Positions 1 through 13,488 of a stretch of DNA of 64,000 nucleotides are shown piece after piece. The position numbers and the translations under genes are program-made. The DNA is from Octopus vulgaris (taxonomy: Eukaryota), in assembly GCA_951406725.2 (NCBI GenBank), contig OX597814.1, positions 123,256,001-123,320,000 on the forward strand. The letters run 5' to 3'. The notes beneath the pieces are model-generated. The model saw only the letters and a list, made by a program, of their open reading frames with translations, did not search any database and was not told where the DNA came from. The first letter of the stretch is position 1; every line of letters starts with the position of its first letter.

Positions 1-112
1 CAATGTGAAATGAAGTGTTTTGCTCAAGAACATAATGTGTCACCCAGTCCAGGAATGGAAACCATGATCTCATAATCATGAGTCCAACACTCTTACCACT
101 AAGCCATGCATC
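1..112 (-). mobile_element. 5' (tRNA-like head) fragment of SINE family C
   Basis: Reverse complement reads ...gcatggcttagtggtaagagtgttggactcatga...tgttcttgagcaaaacacttcatttcac, similar to the head of the copy at 5717-6039. Confidence 0.55.
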
Positions 113-119
113 TCCACTA

Positions 120-456
120 CACACAGACAGCTACATAGATAGATCGATGGATGGATGCACAGACAGGCGGGCAGACAGACCGACAGGTGGGTAGACTGAC
201 AGGCAGACAGACAGGCAGACAGACAGACGGGCAAGCAGGCAGATAGATAGACAGACAGACAGGCAGGCAGACAGACAGACAGGTAGGTAGATAGACAGAC
301 AGACAGATAGACAGATAGATAGACAGGTAGGTAGGTAGGTAGATAGACAGACAGACAGATAGACAGACAGGTAGGCAGGAAAGTAGACAGGCAGACAGGC
401 AAGTAGATAGACAGACAGATAGACAGATGGGCTGGCAAACAGATAGATAGATAGAT
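120..456. repeat. Compound tetranucleotide microsatellite (AGAC/AGAT/AGGC/AGGT)n
   Basis: Direct reading; explains the spurious ORFs at 76-509. Confidence 0.95.
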
Positions 457-1104
457 GCAAATGTATATACTGATTGAGTGAGTTTCTTGCTTCTTTTATG
501 CTCAGTCAAATTATGATCACCATAACTTATCTATCTGGTTGATACTGAAACTCCACAGACTAGCAAGAAGAAAGCTGTGGGCATGTTTTGGTTTCGTCAA
601 CATAGCATAATCTCTTCGGGTTGTTTCAATCAATCAACAAAAGATTTTTGAGTTTTAGCCCAAAAGTAATTTGCATAATTAAAAAATTAAGTTAATTAAA
701 GGAAATTAGTTGTGTGGGCCAAAAGCATGAATTTTGATAAATAAAGAGAAATATATTGAAATGCCACATGGAAAGATTTTTTGATTAATTAAGATGTTCA
801 TTTAAGCCAAAGGAGGAAGTAAAAAAAACCCTAGCAGTAGTTGGTAAAAGCTGTCAAAGAAAAGGGGAAATGAGAAGATAATTTCTATAACCTAAAATAC
901 AATATTTTCACCAAATTAATCTATGTTGTATGAAGATCATCTGCTATTTGTTTTCAGGAAAGGAAACAGCAACACTTGTTTTGGCATCCATGTTTCATCT
1001 GTCCTATCCAGCCTCCAAATAGTGATGAAGGTTTTGAGCAATTTGGCAATTTGGCCAGTCTAAGACTAGGAAAAGATTAATTCAATTCTTGTGGTACTGT
1101 TATA

Positions 1105-1690
1105 TAATAATAATAATAATAATAATAATGAAATTATTGTATACAGTGCTCAGATGCACCACAACTTGTCAAAAATGAGTATAAAGCATATGCAGTAATG
1201 TACAAATGTCTGGAAAGTGAACAGTGTATGAGTCTGATACATGCTTGCGTGTGTATGGAGGGGAGAAAATCAGGTGTAGTGTTGGCTAATCTCAAGAAGC
1301 ATGGAAGTTTTGAAGGATGCAGTGCTCCAACAACTAACAACTGATGCCAGCAGTTTGTTCCATACTTCAGCAACTCTTAGCGTGAAAAAATATTTCCGAA
1401 AGTCATGGGAGCTGTGCTGTTTTTTGACTTTGTAAACATGTCCACGGGTGTTAGACTGGTGGAGTTTGAAAAGGTGCTCAGAGTTATTGTTAGTAGATGG
1501 TTAATAATTTTATGGGTGTCTGCCAAGTCAGCTGCCAGACGTCGGAGTTTCAATGTATCCATGCCCAGGGAAGTAAGGCGTTCAGAATATGGCAAATGCC
1601 TGGTGGAGGGTATTCTCTTGGTTGCACATTGCTGAACAGTTTCCAGACGATTAATATCCTGGGCAAGATAGGGGTTCCAGACCGGTGATG
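1105..1690 (-). mobile_element. 3' fragment of a CR1/L2-group LINE (ORF2 C-terminus, 3' UTR, (TTA)n tail)
   Basis: Minus-strand translation SPVWNPYLAQDINRLETVQ...ATKRIP...PYSERLTSLGMDTLKLRRLAADL..THKII matches the CR1/L2 C-terminal pattern; trinucleotide tail at about 1105-1130. Confidence 0.8.
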
Positions 1691-1976
1691 CATTATTATT
1701 GGCAATATCTTTTTTCTAAGAAGTAGTAATCCTAGTACTTAAATGGTATTTATTTTGGGGCCCAGAAGGATGAAAGACTAAGCTGACCTCACTAGAATAT
1801 GAACTCAAAATGTTAAGAGACAAAGCTAAATACTAAACAACAATGTCTCTGATTCTACCATCCATCTAACAATAATAATTCTCTATATGACCAATCAACT
1901 TGCTAGAAATAGTAACAAAATCTCACTCAAAATCACAATCAATCATTTTAAAATGATAAAATGCACTCTTTATATA

Positions 1977-2388
1977 GGCGTAGGAGTGGCTGTGTGGTAA
2001 GTAGCTTACTTACCAACCACATTGTTCTGGGTTCAGTCCTACAGCATGGCACCTTGGGCAAGTGTCATCTACTATAGCCTCGGGCCAACCAAAGCCTTGT
2101 GAGTGGATTTGGTAGACGGAAACTGAAAGAAGTCCGTTGTATATATGTATATATATATATGTATGTGTATGTATATGTTTGTGTGTCTGTGTTTGTCCCC
2201 CCAACATAGCTTGACAACCGATGCTGGTGTGTTTACGTCTCCATAACTTAGCGGTTCAGCAAAAGAGACCGATAATATAAGTACTAATCTTACAAAGAAT
2301 AAGTCCTGGGGTCGATTTGCTGGACTAAAGAAGGTGCTCCAGCATGGCCACAGTCAAATGACTGAAACAAGTAAAAAAAAGAAAGAGT
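1977..2388 (+). mobile_element. tRNA-derived SINE family A, full length
   Basis: Head ggcgtaggagtggctgtgtggtaag (A box), gggttcagtcc (B box), ccttgggcaagtgtc core, internal (TA/TG)n, tail gactgaaacaagtaaaag; more than 15 copies in the window. Confidence 0.9.
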
Positions 2389-2729
2389 ATAGTCTTTGAT
2401 AACTCTAAACAGATGGGAAGGTCATGGTCAGACTCATAAGCAAGCTCTGAAGGCGAGCAAGCACATAAAAAAAAAAAGCCCTGTAACATACCAAACAATT
2501 TTTAACTCATATCTCTGATATTATGCAAAATATTTCATTAGTTATAATATACATTATTGTATTTTACATTCATTAATTTCACGTTTCAGTAACAATGTCA
2601 TTAAGTATGAAACTTACAATTACTGACAGAATTTTAAAAAATTGTTGAAAAGGCATAAATTTTGAAAAAAATGTTCTCAGTATGGAGCAGTTGTTCCCCT
2701 TGCTCCCTTATTAATTTCACCATTGATCA

Positions 2730-2895
2730 TGGCTGGAAAACCTGTGGCTGTGTGGTAAGAAGCTTGCTTCCCAACCACATGGTTCCGGATTCAGTCCCAC
2801 TACATGTCATCTTGGGCATGTGTCTTCTACAATAGCCACAGGCCGACCAAGGCCTTGTGAGTAGATTTGGTAAATGGAAACTGAAATAAGCCCAT

Positions 2896-2926
<31 letters not shown>

Positions 2927-3023
2927 GGTGCAGCCTCCTGGCTTGCCAGCCCTCATTCAAACCGTCCAACCCTTGCCAGCATGGAAAGTGGACGTTATAC
3001 GACGCCAATTATGATGATGATGA
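2730..3023 (+). mobile_element. SINE family A 5' half joined to an RTE 3' tail
   Basis: SINE head and core to about 2900, then (TA)n, then tggtgcagcctcc...ccgtccaacc..tgccagcatggaaagtggacgtt and (GAT)n. Confidence 0.75.
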
Positions 3024-3039
3024 TATATATATATATGAG

Positions 3040-3441
3040 GAGACCTCGCTGTTCTTGAGGAGACCTGTTGAGTCAAGTTCGTCAACATCAAAAATTCGAA
3101 TGGTAATTGTAGTTAAGACACCAGTGCTGGTGACACGTAAAAGCACCGTTTGAGCGTAGCAGTTACTAGCGTCGCCTGACTGGCGTCCGTGTCGGTGACA
3201 TGTAAAAGCACCAACCGATCATGTCCGTTTGCCAGCCTGCGTTGGCTCCTGTGCCGGTGGCACGTAAAAATCACCCACTACACTCATGGAGTGGTTGGCG
3301 TTAGGAAGGGCATCCAGCTGTAGAAACACTGCCAAATCAGACTGGAGCCTGGTGCAGCCTCCATGGCTTACCAGACCCCGGTCGAACCGTCCAACCCATG
3401 CTAGCATGGAAAACGGACGTTAAATGATGATGATGATGATG
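3040..3441 (+). mobile_element. 5'-truncated RTE LINE (ORF end and 3' UTR with 3 GGTGRCACGTAAAAGCACC units)
   Basis: Same 3' UTR as 15109-16163 (ctacactc..ggagtggttggcgttaggaagggcatccagc), ending in (GAT)n. Confidence 0.85.
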
Positions 3442-3479
3442 TATTATTATCATCATCTCATCATACATAATCTACATTT

Positions 3480-3702
3480 ATATATGTATGTATGTATGTA
3501 TTTGTGTATCTGTGTTTGTCCCCCCATCTTGATAACCGATGTTGGTGTGTTTATGTCCCCGTAACTTAGCGGTTCAGCAAAAGAGACCGATAGAATAAGT
3601 ACTTGGCTTGCAAAGAATAAGTCCTGGGGTTGATGTCTGTTAATGAAAGGTGATGCTCCAGCATGGCCACAGTCAAATAACTGAAACAAGCAAAAGAATA
3701 AA
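3480..3702 (+). mobile_element. SINE family A 3' half
   Basis: tgtgtttgtcccc...gtaacttagcggttcagcaaaagagaccgatagaataagtact...gcatggccacagtcaaat. Confidence 0.8.
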
Positions 3703-4160
3703 TGAATCAAAGAATTAAAAAAAGAATAGATCCATCACATCATGGCTGAACTGGGGCTAAACAGTAACTCATAATTATGTAATCAACCTTAGAGGCATTA
3801 AACTTAAAGTGCACTGTAGCCTGATTTGAACTTAATAAATATGATGTGGCATTCTAGATGTACTGCTTCAAGTGGCTCAATTTGTGAATGCCTGCAGTTT
3901 TCTCATCCTTTCACCCCTATGTTATATCAATGGCCTAATCCTCAGTTATCTACAGCTGATTGCTTGTGTTTTAAAATAGCTGTTGATAGCAGTGTAAACA
4001 ACATCTGTGAGATATGTAGGTGGTGGAAAAGGTAAAAGAAAGCTACAGCCTTCACTTATAAATACACACACTTACACACATACACATATGCACACATAGA
4101 CAAATATGCATGCATGCATGCACACACAATTGCTTGTGCATACAGAGACACACATATTAC

Positions 4161-4207
<47 letters not shown>

Positions 4208-4215
4208 TACACATA

Positions 4216-4410
4216 GGTGCAGGAGTGGCTGTGTGGTAAGTAGCTTGCTTACCAACCACATGGTTCTGGGTTCAGTCCCACTGTGTGGCACCTTGGGCTT
4301 CTACTATAGCCTCAGGCCTGCCAAAGCCTTGTGAGTGGATTTGGTAGACAGAAACTGAAATATATATATATAGATAGATAGATAGATAGATAGATGCATG
4401 TGTGTGTATA

Positions 4411-4453
<43 letters not shown>

Positions 4454-4642
4454 AACATTGCTTGACAACTGATGCTGGTATGTTTACGTCCCTGTAACTT
4501 AGCAGTTCAGCAAAAGAGACCGATAGAATAAGTACTAGGCTTACAAAGAATAAGTCCTGGGGGTCAATTTGCTCGACTAAAAGGCAGTGCTCCAGCATTT
4601 CCACAGTCAAAATGACTGAAACAAGCGTAAAAGAGTAAAGAG
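4216..4642 (+). mobile_element. SINE family A, full length, CpG-decayed
   Basis: Same head, core and tail as 1977-2388, with internal (TAGA)n(TG)n. Confidence 0.9.
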
Positions 4643-4744
4643 TATATATTAATATAGATTGATAAAAGCAAAAACAGATAGATAGACAAACAATTACATA
4701 GGTGCATGTATATCATATGTGTGTGTGTGTGTGTGTGTGTGTGC

Positions 4745-5030
4745 CATCATCATCCTCATCATCGTTTAATGCCTGCTTTCCATGCTGGCATGGATTGGAC
4801 GGTTTGACTGAAGACTGGCAAGCCAGGAGACTGCACCAGGCTCCAATCTGATCAGTCAAGGTTTCTACAGCTGGATGCCCTTCCTAACACGAACCACTCC
4901 AAGAGTGTAGTGGGTCTTTTTACATGCCACCAGCACAAGGGCCAGTCAGGCAGCATTGGCATCGACCACGCTAGAATGGTGCTTTTTATGTGCCACTGGC
5001 ACAGGAGCCAGCCAAGTGGCACTGGCACTG
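4745..5030 (-). mobile_element. RTE 3' tail fragment with 2 array units
   Basis: Reverse complement of the RTE 3' UTR (ttctacagctggatgcccttcctaac), with (CAT)n at the left end. Confidence 0.8.
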
Positions 5031-5151
5031 GGTATATATGATATATGTGTGTGTGTGTTCATGTATAATATATATAATATATGATATATAGATATATATG
5101 ATATATATTTCATATTATATATGTATATATGTACATGTGTGTATATTTCAT

Positions 5152-5189
<38 letters not shown>

Positions 5190-5339
5190 TGTATGTATGA
5201 ATGAATGTATGTATGTATGTATGTATATATGTGTGTATATAGAGACAAACAGACAGAAACATAAAAACAAAGAGAGATGAGAAAGATACATAGCATAGAT
5301 ATTGAGGTAGATATATATGCATATATATGTGTCTATATG

Positions 5340-5426
<87 letters not shown>

Positions 5427-5432
5427 GTGTGT
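5030..5432. repeat. Microsatellite cluster (TA)n,(TATG)n,(GA)n,(GT)n
   Basis: Direct reading. Confidence 0.9.
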
Positions 5433-5651
5433 GTTCATCATCCTCATCATCATTTTACAGCCACCTTCCATATTGGCATAGGTTGTTTGGGTCGCCACAG
5501 TTTTGAGTCAGCACATATTCAGAAGCGCTGCTCACTTAAGATGAATCAGAAGACTGTGTCATATTCTTGAGTTTCATATTGAAGCCTTTTGGTTTACCAG
5601 TCCTCAGTCAAACTCTCCAACCCATGCCAGTATAGAAAGCAGACATTAAAC

Positions 5652-5693
<42 letters not shown>

Positions 5694-5716
5694 ACACGTG
5701 TGTGTGTGTGTGTGTG

Positions 5717-6037
5717 CGAAGGCATCTGGCTTAGTGTTTAGGGCATTCAGCTCATGATCATAAGATTGTGAGTTCAATTCCCACAATGCATTGTGTCCTT
5801 GAGCAAGACACTTTACTTCATGTTGCTCCATTGCTTTCAGCTGGCAAAAATGAGTTGTACCTGCATTTCAAAGGGCCAGCCTTGTCACACTCTGTGTCAC
5901 ACTGAATCTCCATGAGAACTACATTTAGGGTGCACATGTCTGTGGAGTACTCAGCCACTTGCACATTAATTCCATGAGCAAGCTATTCCGTTGATCATAT
6001 CAGCTAAGGCCTTCGTTGTCATAACCGACAGAGTGCT

Positions 6038-6039
<2 letters not shown>
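5717..6039 (+). mobile_element. tRNA-derived SINE family C
   Basis: Head tggcttagtgtttaggg (A box) and gagttcaattccc (B box), then gtgtccttgagcaagacacttt, a motif typical of metazoan SINE central domains. Confidence 0.7.
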
Positions 6040-6087
<48 letters not shown>

Positions 6088-6103
6088 TATGTATATGTGT
6101 ATG

Positions 6104-6142
<39 letters not shown>

Positions 6143-6167
6143 AATAAAAGACCATTTATTTTATTAT

Positions 6168-6234
<67 letters not shown>

Positions 6235-6913
6235 ATGTACAGTGAATGGCTATAAGGGTCCAGTAGAGTAATAAAGGAATCAAAAGGGTTCGTAAGCAAA
6301 AATTGGTTGAGAAATATTGTCCTAGACTCATGAGGTCCCAAGACAACTGCCCAGTGGGCCATGCATCAAGGCAGCCCTGCACAGACCTTGAGAAGGACGG
6401 GAGAGGTCGACAGATGAAAGTAGTTGAAGGGGGGATAGAAAGTTGGGGAGGTCCCATGCCAATGGGTAGCATGAATGATAAAGGGTTGAGTGATAGAGAT
6501 AAGGATGAGAAAGAAGTAAGCGATAAAGGGGTGGGGAGCTGGCAATGGTGGAATGTTAAAAGATGAAGTGATAGGGACGAAACATGAGTGATGGGACAAT
6601 GAGAGGGTGCGGAGGTGAGTGGGGGAAGGCAGTGATAATAGATTTGGTAGTAAATATATCTATGCACACATAAACACATATACACATACACATATATATC
6701 TATAAATTCATATGACCATACTCTCAATCATATATATATATATATGCATGAAAATTCCCTATACATTTTTACTCTATATCACTAACACCACTTTTGTGTC
6801 AGGTATAAATACATATACACACACACATACACACACATATCTGCATATATGCATACATATACATACATACAAGCATATATACATACATACATATGCATCT
6901 ACATATATATACA

Positions 6914-6950
<37 letters not shown>

Positions 6951-7064
6951 TGTATGTATTCGTGTTTGTTTTTACATATAGTTGCATATAAAAACTATAA
7001 AATATTAAAGTGATGAATTGAATCAATATCTTTCAACAGGAGACCATATTTATTTTATTTCTGC

Positions 7065-7109
<45 letters not shown>

Positions 7110-7242
7110 TATATATATTTATACTCATATATATTTATGTATTTACACACACGCACACTTATATTTCTTATTGTATGCACTTATACACAGATATAGAGAA
7201 ATGCTTACAAGCACAAATACACATGTACACACTCACACACAC

Positions 7243-7273
<31 letters not shown>

Positions 7274-7450
7274 CATATACACATACACATATATGCCCTC
7301 ACACATTTATACATACATACAACATATACATACACAAAAACACATATACATTCACACCATTGCACTTACAAAGAGAGGGACACATACTAAAATTCAGTTA
7401 ATCATCCTAACACATACACACTTTGTGTGTGTGCGTGTTCATATGTGTGT

Positions 7451-7484
<34 letters not shown>

Positions 7485-7979
7485 TATACTCGTCTCTAAC
7501 ATCAATGCGATAAAGGCATATCTAATCAGAAATGAGGATAGAAATAAAATAATCTGAAGAGATGAATTCCTGAAATATATCCCAGACTAGAATAACGTCA
7601 TACTCTTGTATTCTTTCAAAATATGTTGCCAATATATAAGGGTAAGAGTAGGTGTGTGATTAAGAAGTCTTCTTCTTTACAACCCTGAGATTTCAGTCCT
7701 GGACTGATCAATGCTTTCTGAGTGATCCTTCTTTTACTTGTTTCAATCATCAGACTGCGGCCATGTTGGGGCAACACCTAGATTTTTAGTTGAATGAATT
7801 GACAGCAATACATAGTTCTTTTTTTTTTTCAGCCTGGTACTTATTCTGTCAGTCTCTTTTGCTGATATGCTAAGTTACAGGGACATAAACAAGCCAACAC
7901 TGTTCTATATTTAAGAGATGAGGAATTAAGTACATTATTTACATTCGACGGATATTTTTCCTCATCTTGTTTGTTATAT

Positions 7980-8386
7980 AGGTAGAGGTGTAGCTCTGTG
8001 GTAAGTAGCTTGCTTACCAACCACATGGCCTGGGTTCAGTCCCACTGCATGACACCTTGGCCAAGTGTCTTCTACTATAGCCTCAGGCCAACCAAAGCCT
8101 TGTGAGTAGATTTGGTAGATGGAAACTGAAAGAAGCCCATCGTATATGTGTGTGTGTATTGCTGTGTGTGTATGTCTGTGTGTCTGTGTTTGCCCCCGCC
8201 TCCTACCATTGCTTGACAACCAATGTTGATGTGTTTATGTCCCCATAACTTAGCAGTTCAGCAAAAGAAACCAATAGAATAAGTACTAGTCCTACAAAGG
8301 ATAAGTCCTGGGGTCAATTTGTTCGACTGAAGGCAATGCTCAAGCATGGCCATGGTCAAATGAGTGAAGCAAAGAAACAAAAAGAA

Positions 8387-8390
<4 letters not shown>
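7980..8390 (+). mobile_element. SINE family A, full length
   Basis: Matches the family A head, core and tail. Confidence 0.88.
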
Positions 8391-8427
<37 letters not shown>

Positions 8428-8719
8428 GTGTATATATTTAAATGCAAATGTATGTGCATGCCTTTTCTGCACGTCTCCCACTGCTTGACACCTGGAGATC
8501 GTTTCATTACATACCTATAGCTTAGTGTTTCAGCTAACGAGTCTGATAGGAAATGTAATAAGAGTCAAGAGTAAATACTGGAATCTATTTGTTCAGCAAA
8601 AAACTCTCAACACTCTTTCACTCGTTTACTTACACAACATTGATAGAACCCCAAAATAACTGTTTATGGTGTAACTTAGTTGCATCATAATTCTTTATGA
8701 TCTTAGTTACATTTCTTTT

Positions 8720-9138
8720 ATTCTTTTACTCTTTTAATTGTTTCAGTCATTTGACTGTGGCCATACTGGAACACCGCCTTCAGTCGAGCAAATCAACGCC
8801 AGGACTTATTCTTTGTAAGCCTAGTACTTATTCTATCGGTCTCTTTTACCGAATGGGGACGTAAACACACCAGCATCAGTTGTCAAGCGATGTTGGGGAG
8901 ACAAACACAGACACACAAACATACACACACACACACACATACACACACACACACACATATACGTACATATATATGACGGGCTTCATTCAGTTTCCGTCCA
9001 CCAAATCCACTCGCAAGGCTTTGGTCAGTCCGAGACTATAGTAGAAGCCACTTGCCCAAGGTGCCACGCAGTGGGACTGAAACCGGAACCATGTGGTTGG
9101 TAAGCAAGCTACTTACCACACAGCCACTCCTACACCTA
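8720..9138 (-). mobile_element. SINE family A, full length
   Basis: Reverse complement of family A (ctcttttaattgtttcagtcatttgactg ... cttaccacacagccactcctacacc). Confidence 0.9.
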
Positions 9139-9194
9139 TAAATATTTATACTATAAATCAAAATCCTAAACTACAGAGACGAACTACAAGAAAA

Positions 9195-9795
9195 TTTGGA
9201 CCTGGTGCAGCTCTCCAGCTTGCCAGCTCTAGTCAAACCGTCCAACCCATGCCAGCACGAAAAACAGACATTTCAGCCCTCAGCCCTCTTTTATTCATCA
9301 TAGTCCTCCAGGCAATAACAGAGGAAGTCAAGACAGGTTGCTCATGGGAACTCCTCTATGCTAAGGACCTTACTCTCATAGCAGAATCACTACCAGAATT
9401 AGAGAAGAAATTTCAGGTGTTGAAGCAAGGTTTAGAATCGAAGAGCCTTAGAGTCAATGTTGCAAAAACCAAAGTCCTACTAAGTAGGAAGGCGAACACA
9501 TCACAAACCCCTTCAGGTAAGTGGCCCTGCTCGATCTGTAGAAAAGTTGTAAGTAGAAACCATCCAAATGTGGCTGATGCCAGTGCTGCCTGACTGGCTT
9601 CTGTGCCGGTGGCACGTAAAAAGCACCCACTACACTCTCGGAGTGACTGGCATTAGGAAAGGCATCCAGCTGTAGAAACACTGCCAGATCAGATTGGAGC
9701 CTGGTGCGGCCTCCTGGCTTGCCAGTCCCCAGTCAAACTGTCCAACCCATGCCAACATGGAAAATGAATGTTAGACAACGACAATGATGATGATA
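9195..9795 (+). mobile_element. Rearranged RTE fragment: tail piece, RT piece (YAKD), 3' tail
   Basis: 9275-9560 translates LSPLLFIIVLQAITEEVKTGCSWELLYAKDL...WPCSICRK, nearly identical to the 13489-15108 ORF, and is joined directly to the 3' UTR. Confidence 0.85.
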
Positions 9796-10772
9796 GTCTA
9801 TATGGGACTAAGTTATCTAATACATCTGTCTTTTTTTTTTCTTTTGAAACGCAGAGCATCCTTTGAGAGATTAGGCTGTTATTTCTAGTGAGTTAAACAA
9901 CCATATAGGGGCTAAGGTTTTTGAGGGTTATTTTCTTTGCAGATGCAGTATGAGAATAATCCAGGTGAACGTATCCACTCATTAGGTGGTTTAAGTTTCA
10001 TTCTCAGTGCCATCAAATCCACCATTTATTTCCTACTCATTAATTTTCTACACACTATTAATTTATACACATCATTAATTTACACAAGCCAAAGTTAGAT
10101 GAGATGGTCATCTTAACCTTCACTAGAAAATACCGAATGTGGAACATTTAAGTAACCTCAGATGGAAAGTCAGTCATTTAATGGGATGCAGCATGGATAT
10201 GTGGATGAATGGCTGAGAAGATCAATTCATGACTGCATGATTGAGGGTTCAATCTCACCATATGGCATTTAGGGTCTATTGATTGAAGCCTTGTGAATGA
10301 AATTTGGTAAATGGAAATTTTCTTCATGGTTGATAGAGTTAATTCATGACTTCATTTAATGCTACTCCTTATCCCTGAAGTGCTTTCAGGGAGGTGGGGA
10401 GACATGTTGGTTTAAGTTTCCAAACAAGGGGTTCGACCTAAAAATAATTGTTACCTTTCGTTCCATTAGTCTCAAACTCTGGAAAGCTTCTTCTCTGACT
10501 ACAACATTAAAATAGAAATTATATTCCATCATAATCGATTTTTAGGCACAGGTATGGCTGGATGGGTAACAAGATTGCTGTAATGGATCTGTAATTCTAC
10601 ATATTATTATTATATATATTTATATATATTATATGTATATAGATAGATAGACAGATAGATATACTTAAAACCTATATGTTACATATACCTATACACACAG
10701 ACATACTTACACACACACACATATATATACCTATACACACATACACCATTATATACATATGTATATAGAAAC

Positions 10773-11325
10773 ACTGTAGAAACACTGTCAGATCAGACTG
10801 GGCCTGGTGCAGCCACCTGGCTTCCCAGACCCCGGTTGAACCTTCCAACCCATGTTAGCATGGAAAGCGGACATTAAACGATGATGATGATGATGATGAT
10901 ATATATATATATATACATATACATAGGCGCAGTGGCTGTGTGGTAAGTAGCTTGCTTACCAGCCATATGGTTCCGGGTTCAGTTCCACTGCCTGGCACCT
11001 TGGGCAAGTGTCTTCTACTATAGCATTGGGCCAACCAAAGCCTTGTGAGTGGATTTGTTAGACAGAAACTGAAAGAAGCCCATCGTATATATGTATATGT
11101 ATATATGTGTGTGTTTGTGTGTCTGTGTTTGTCCCCCCAACATCGCTTGACAACCGATGCTGGTGTGTTTACATCCCCGTAACTCAGGGGTTCGGCAAAA
11201 GTGACCGATAGAATAAGTACTAGGCTTACAAAGAATAAGTCCTGGGGTTGATTTCTTCAAATAAAGGCGGTGCTCCAGCATGGCTGCAGTCAAATGACTG
11301 AAACAAGTAAAAGAGTAAAAGAGAG
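10773..11325 (+). mobile_element. RTE tail fragment followed by a full-length SINE family A
   Basis: RTE tail 10773-10900 ending in (GAT)n; SINE A 10926-11325. Confidence 0.85.
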
Positions 11326-11617
11326 AGAGTATATATATGCACACATACACACACACAGCATAAAAGCATGACTGTGTGTGTCAGAGGCTCACTACCCAAC
11401 CACATAGTTCCAGGTTCAGCCCCACCAAGTGGCACCTTGGGCAAGTATCTTCTACTATAGCATCAGGCCAACCAGAACCTTGAGGTGAATTTGGTAGGTG
11501 GACGTTCTAGCATGTACATGTGTGTGTGACACTTCTTATGCTTCCTTTGAGATATAGATGCATGTGTGTATATGTATGTGTGTATACATACATACAAATA
11601 TATGCATATATGTATGC

Positions 11618-11721
<104 letters not shown>

Positions 11722-12427
11722 AGAGAGAGAAAGAGAGTAATGTAAATTTCAATGAAAAGACAACTTCTAAGATATTGACAACCAAAAAACAGATTAATTT
11801 CCTCAGTATATTTTTCAAAAGACACAATTCATCATATAAAATATGTATAAAATATATAAAGATATAAAATTGAAATATATATTCGTATGCGATCACAGGA
11901 AACTGTAAATCTGTTCTAAAACAAAAATGTCAATGTACACGGTCAATGCATTGCAAAATTGAAAATATTTAAAAGATGTATGGGTAGCTAAAAAAAGCGA
12001 ATGTACTTAAGTCCAGAGATCAAATTCATATATATCTTACAGCCGTTTCGGGAAAGGTATTCATACATATCCTACAGCCGTTTCAGGAAATTCTTTTGTA
12101 ATATTCTGGTCTCTCTGTGGGTGTATATGTGGATATGAGTGTGTGTAAGTATGTGTATCTGCCTATATGTAACAACTAATCATAGTTGTAACAACTATGA
12201 TGTTGTTGGTAAAACATGTTCTATGTCTATCTCCTTAACCTCTTGGAGATTTTAGGTAAAATTATACTAATGTGTCCTCCTAATTTAATTTAATTCTATG
12301 TCTTTGTGCTGCTGAAGATTGCTCTACATTTTAAATTGATGTAATGAAATGATTGCATTGTTCAATTAAATGGAATCACATGAAACGATCATACTGCATA
12401 ACCTCAGGATATCCTTGTTGCTTATTT

Positions 12428-12689
<262 letters not shown>

Positions 12690-12691
12690 AG

Positions 12692-13468
12692 CATACTAGC
12701 CAAATCGACTACATCCTTGCCAGAAAAAGGGAAAGATGGCTGCTTATGAATGCCAAAACCTTCCCAGGCGAAGAATGTACCCCACAACATAGAATGGTAG
12801 TCAGTGACTTTAGGATCAGGACTAAGAGGACGACTAGAAGACGACCAACATGGAGAAGAAGGGTCTGGAAGCTTAAAGACCCTGCTAATGGACAGAGATT
12901 TAGAGACATGTTACTTGAAGCCTTCGACGAAATAGAAGGGGGCATAGCTACACATGGGGTAGAAGATAACTGGGCGCTTCTAAGGGACAACCTGCTGAAA
13001 GCCACTGACCAGATCTGTGGCTGGTGCAAAGTCCCCACAAGACCCAAAATAACGTGGTGGTGGAACAATACTGTTGACAGGGCTATTAGACAAAAGAAAC
13101 AGGCTTGGAAGGACTGGAAGAACGGTGGTAGCAGGGAAGTGTATCAGACTGCAAGAAGGGAAGCTAGGAGGCAGGTTTATTTAGCCAGAGGGGAAGCAGA
13201 TAGGAAAAAATTTGCCAATGTCCTGCGCCGTGAGGATGAAAGACTTGAGGTATTTCGTATAGCAAGACAGTGTGTGAGTGAGAATCGTGACGTGGTAGGA
13301 GAAAAATGTGTTCGCACGGATGACGGCTCACTTGCGCTAAATGAGGATGCAAAGAGAGAGGTTTGGAGAAGCCACTATGAAAGGTTGCTGAATGAGGAAA
13401 ATGAATGGGATAAAGAGAGTCTGCCGAATGTTGACCCAACAGAGGGACCAGCAATCCAAGTTCCTTAG
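12692..13468 (+). pseudogene. RTE ORF upstream part (endonuclease C-terminus and linker), frameshifted from the RT part
   Basis: Frame ends ...EGPAIQVP*; the downstream frame reads SSLVDKAIKSMKTGKAPG across the junction, indicating a small indel at about 13460. Confidence 0.85.
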
Positions 13469-13488
13469 TAGATAAGGCAATTAAAAGC

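Noticed and set aside
76-509. Hydrophobic ORFs, and all YIYI/VCVC/THTH ORFs across the window
   Set aside because: Translations of di- and tetranucleotide microsatellites
1977-2050. tRNA genes
   Set aside because: A/B-box heads continue into SINE bodies; no complete cloverleaf with terminator
6300-6340. Hammerhead on minus (CTCATGA gtc tag gac AATA)
   Set aside because: Both core boxes are mutated; cannot be supported without a family consensus
9943-9964. 22-nt micro-exon (tttgcag|...ccag|gtgaac)
   Set aside because: Weak donor and no homology; expected by chance
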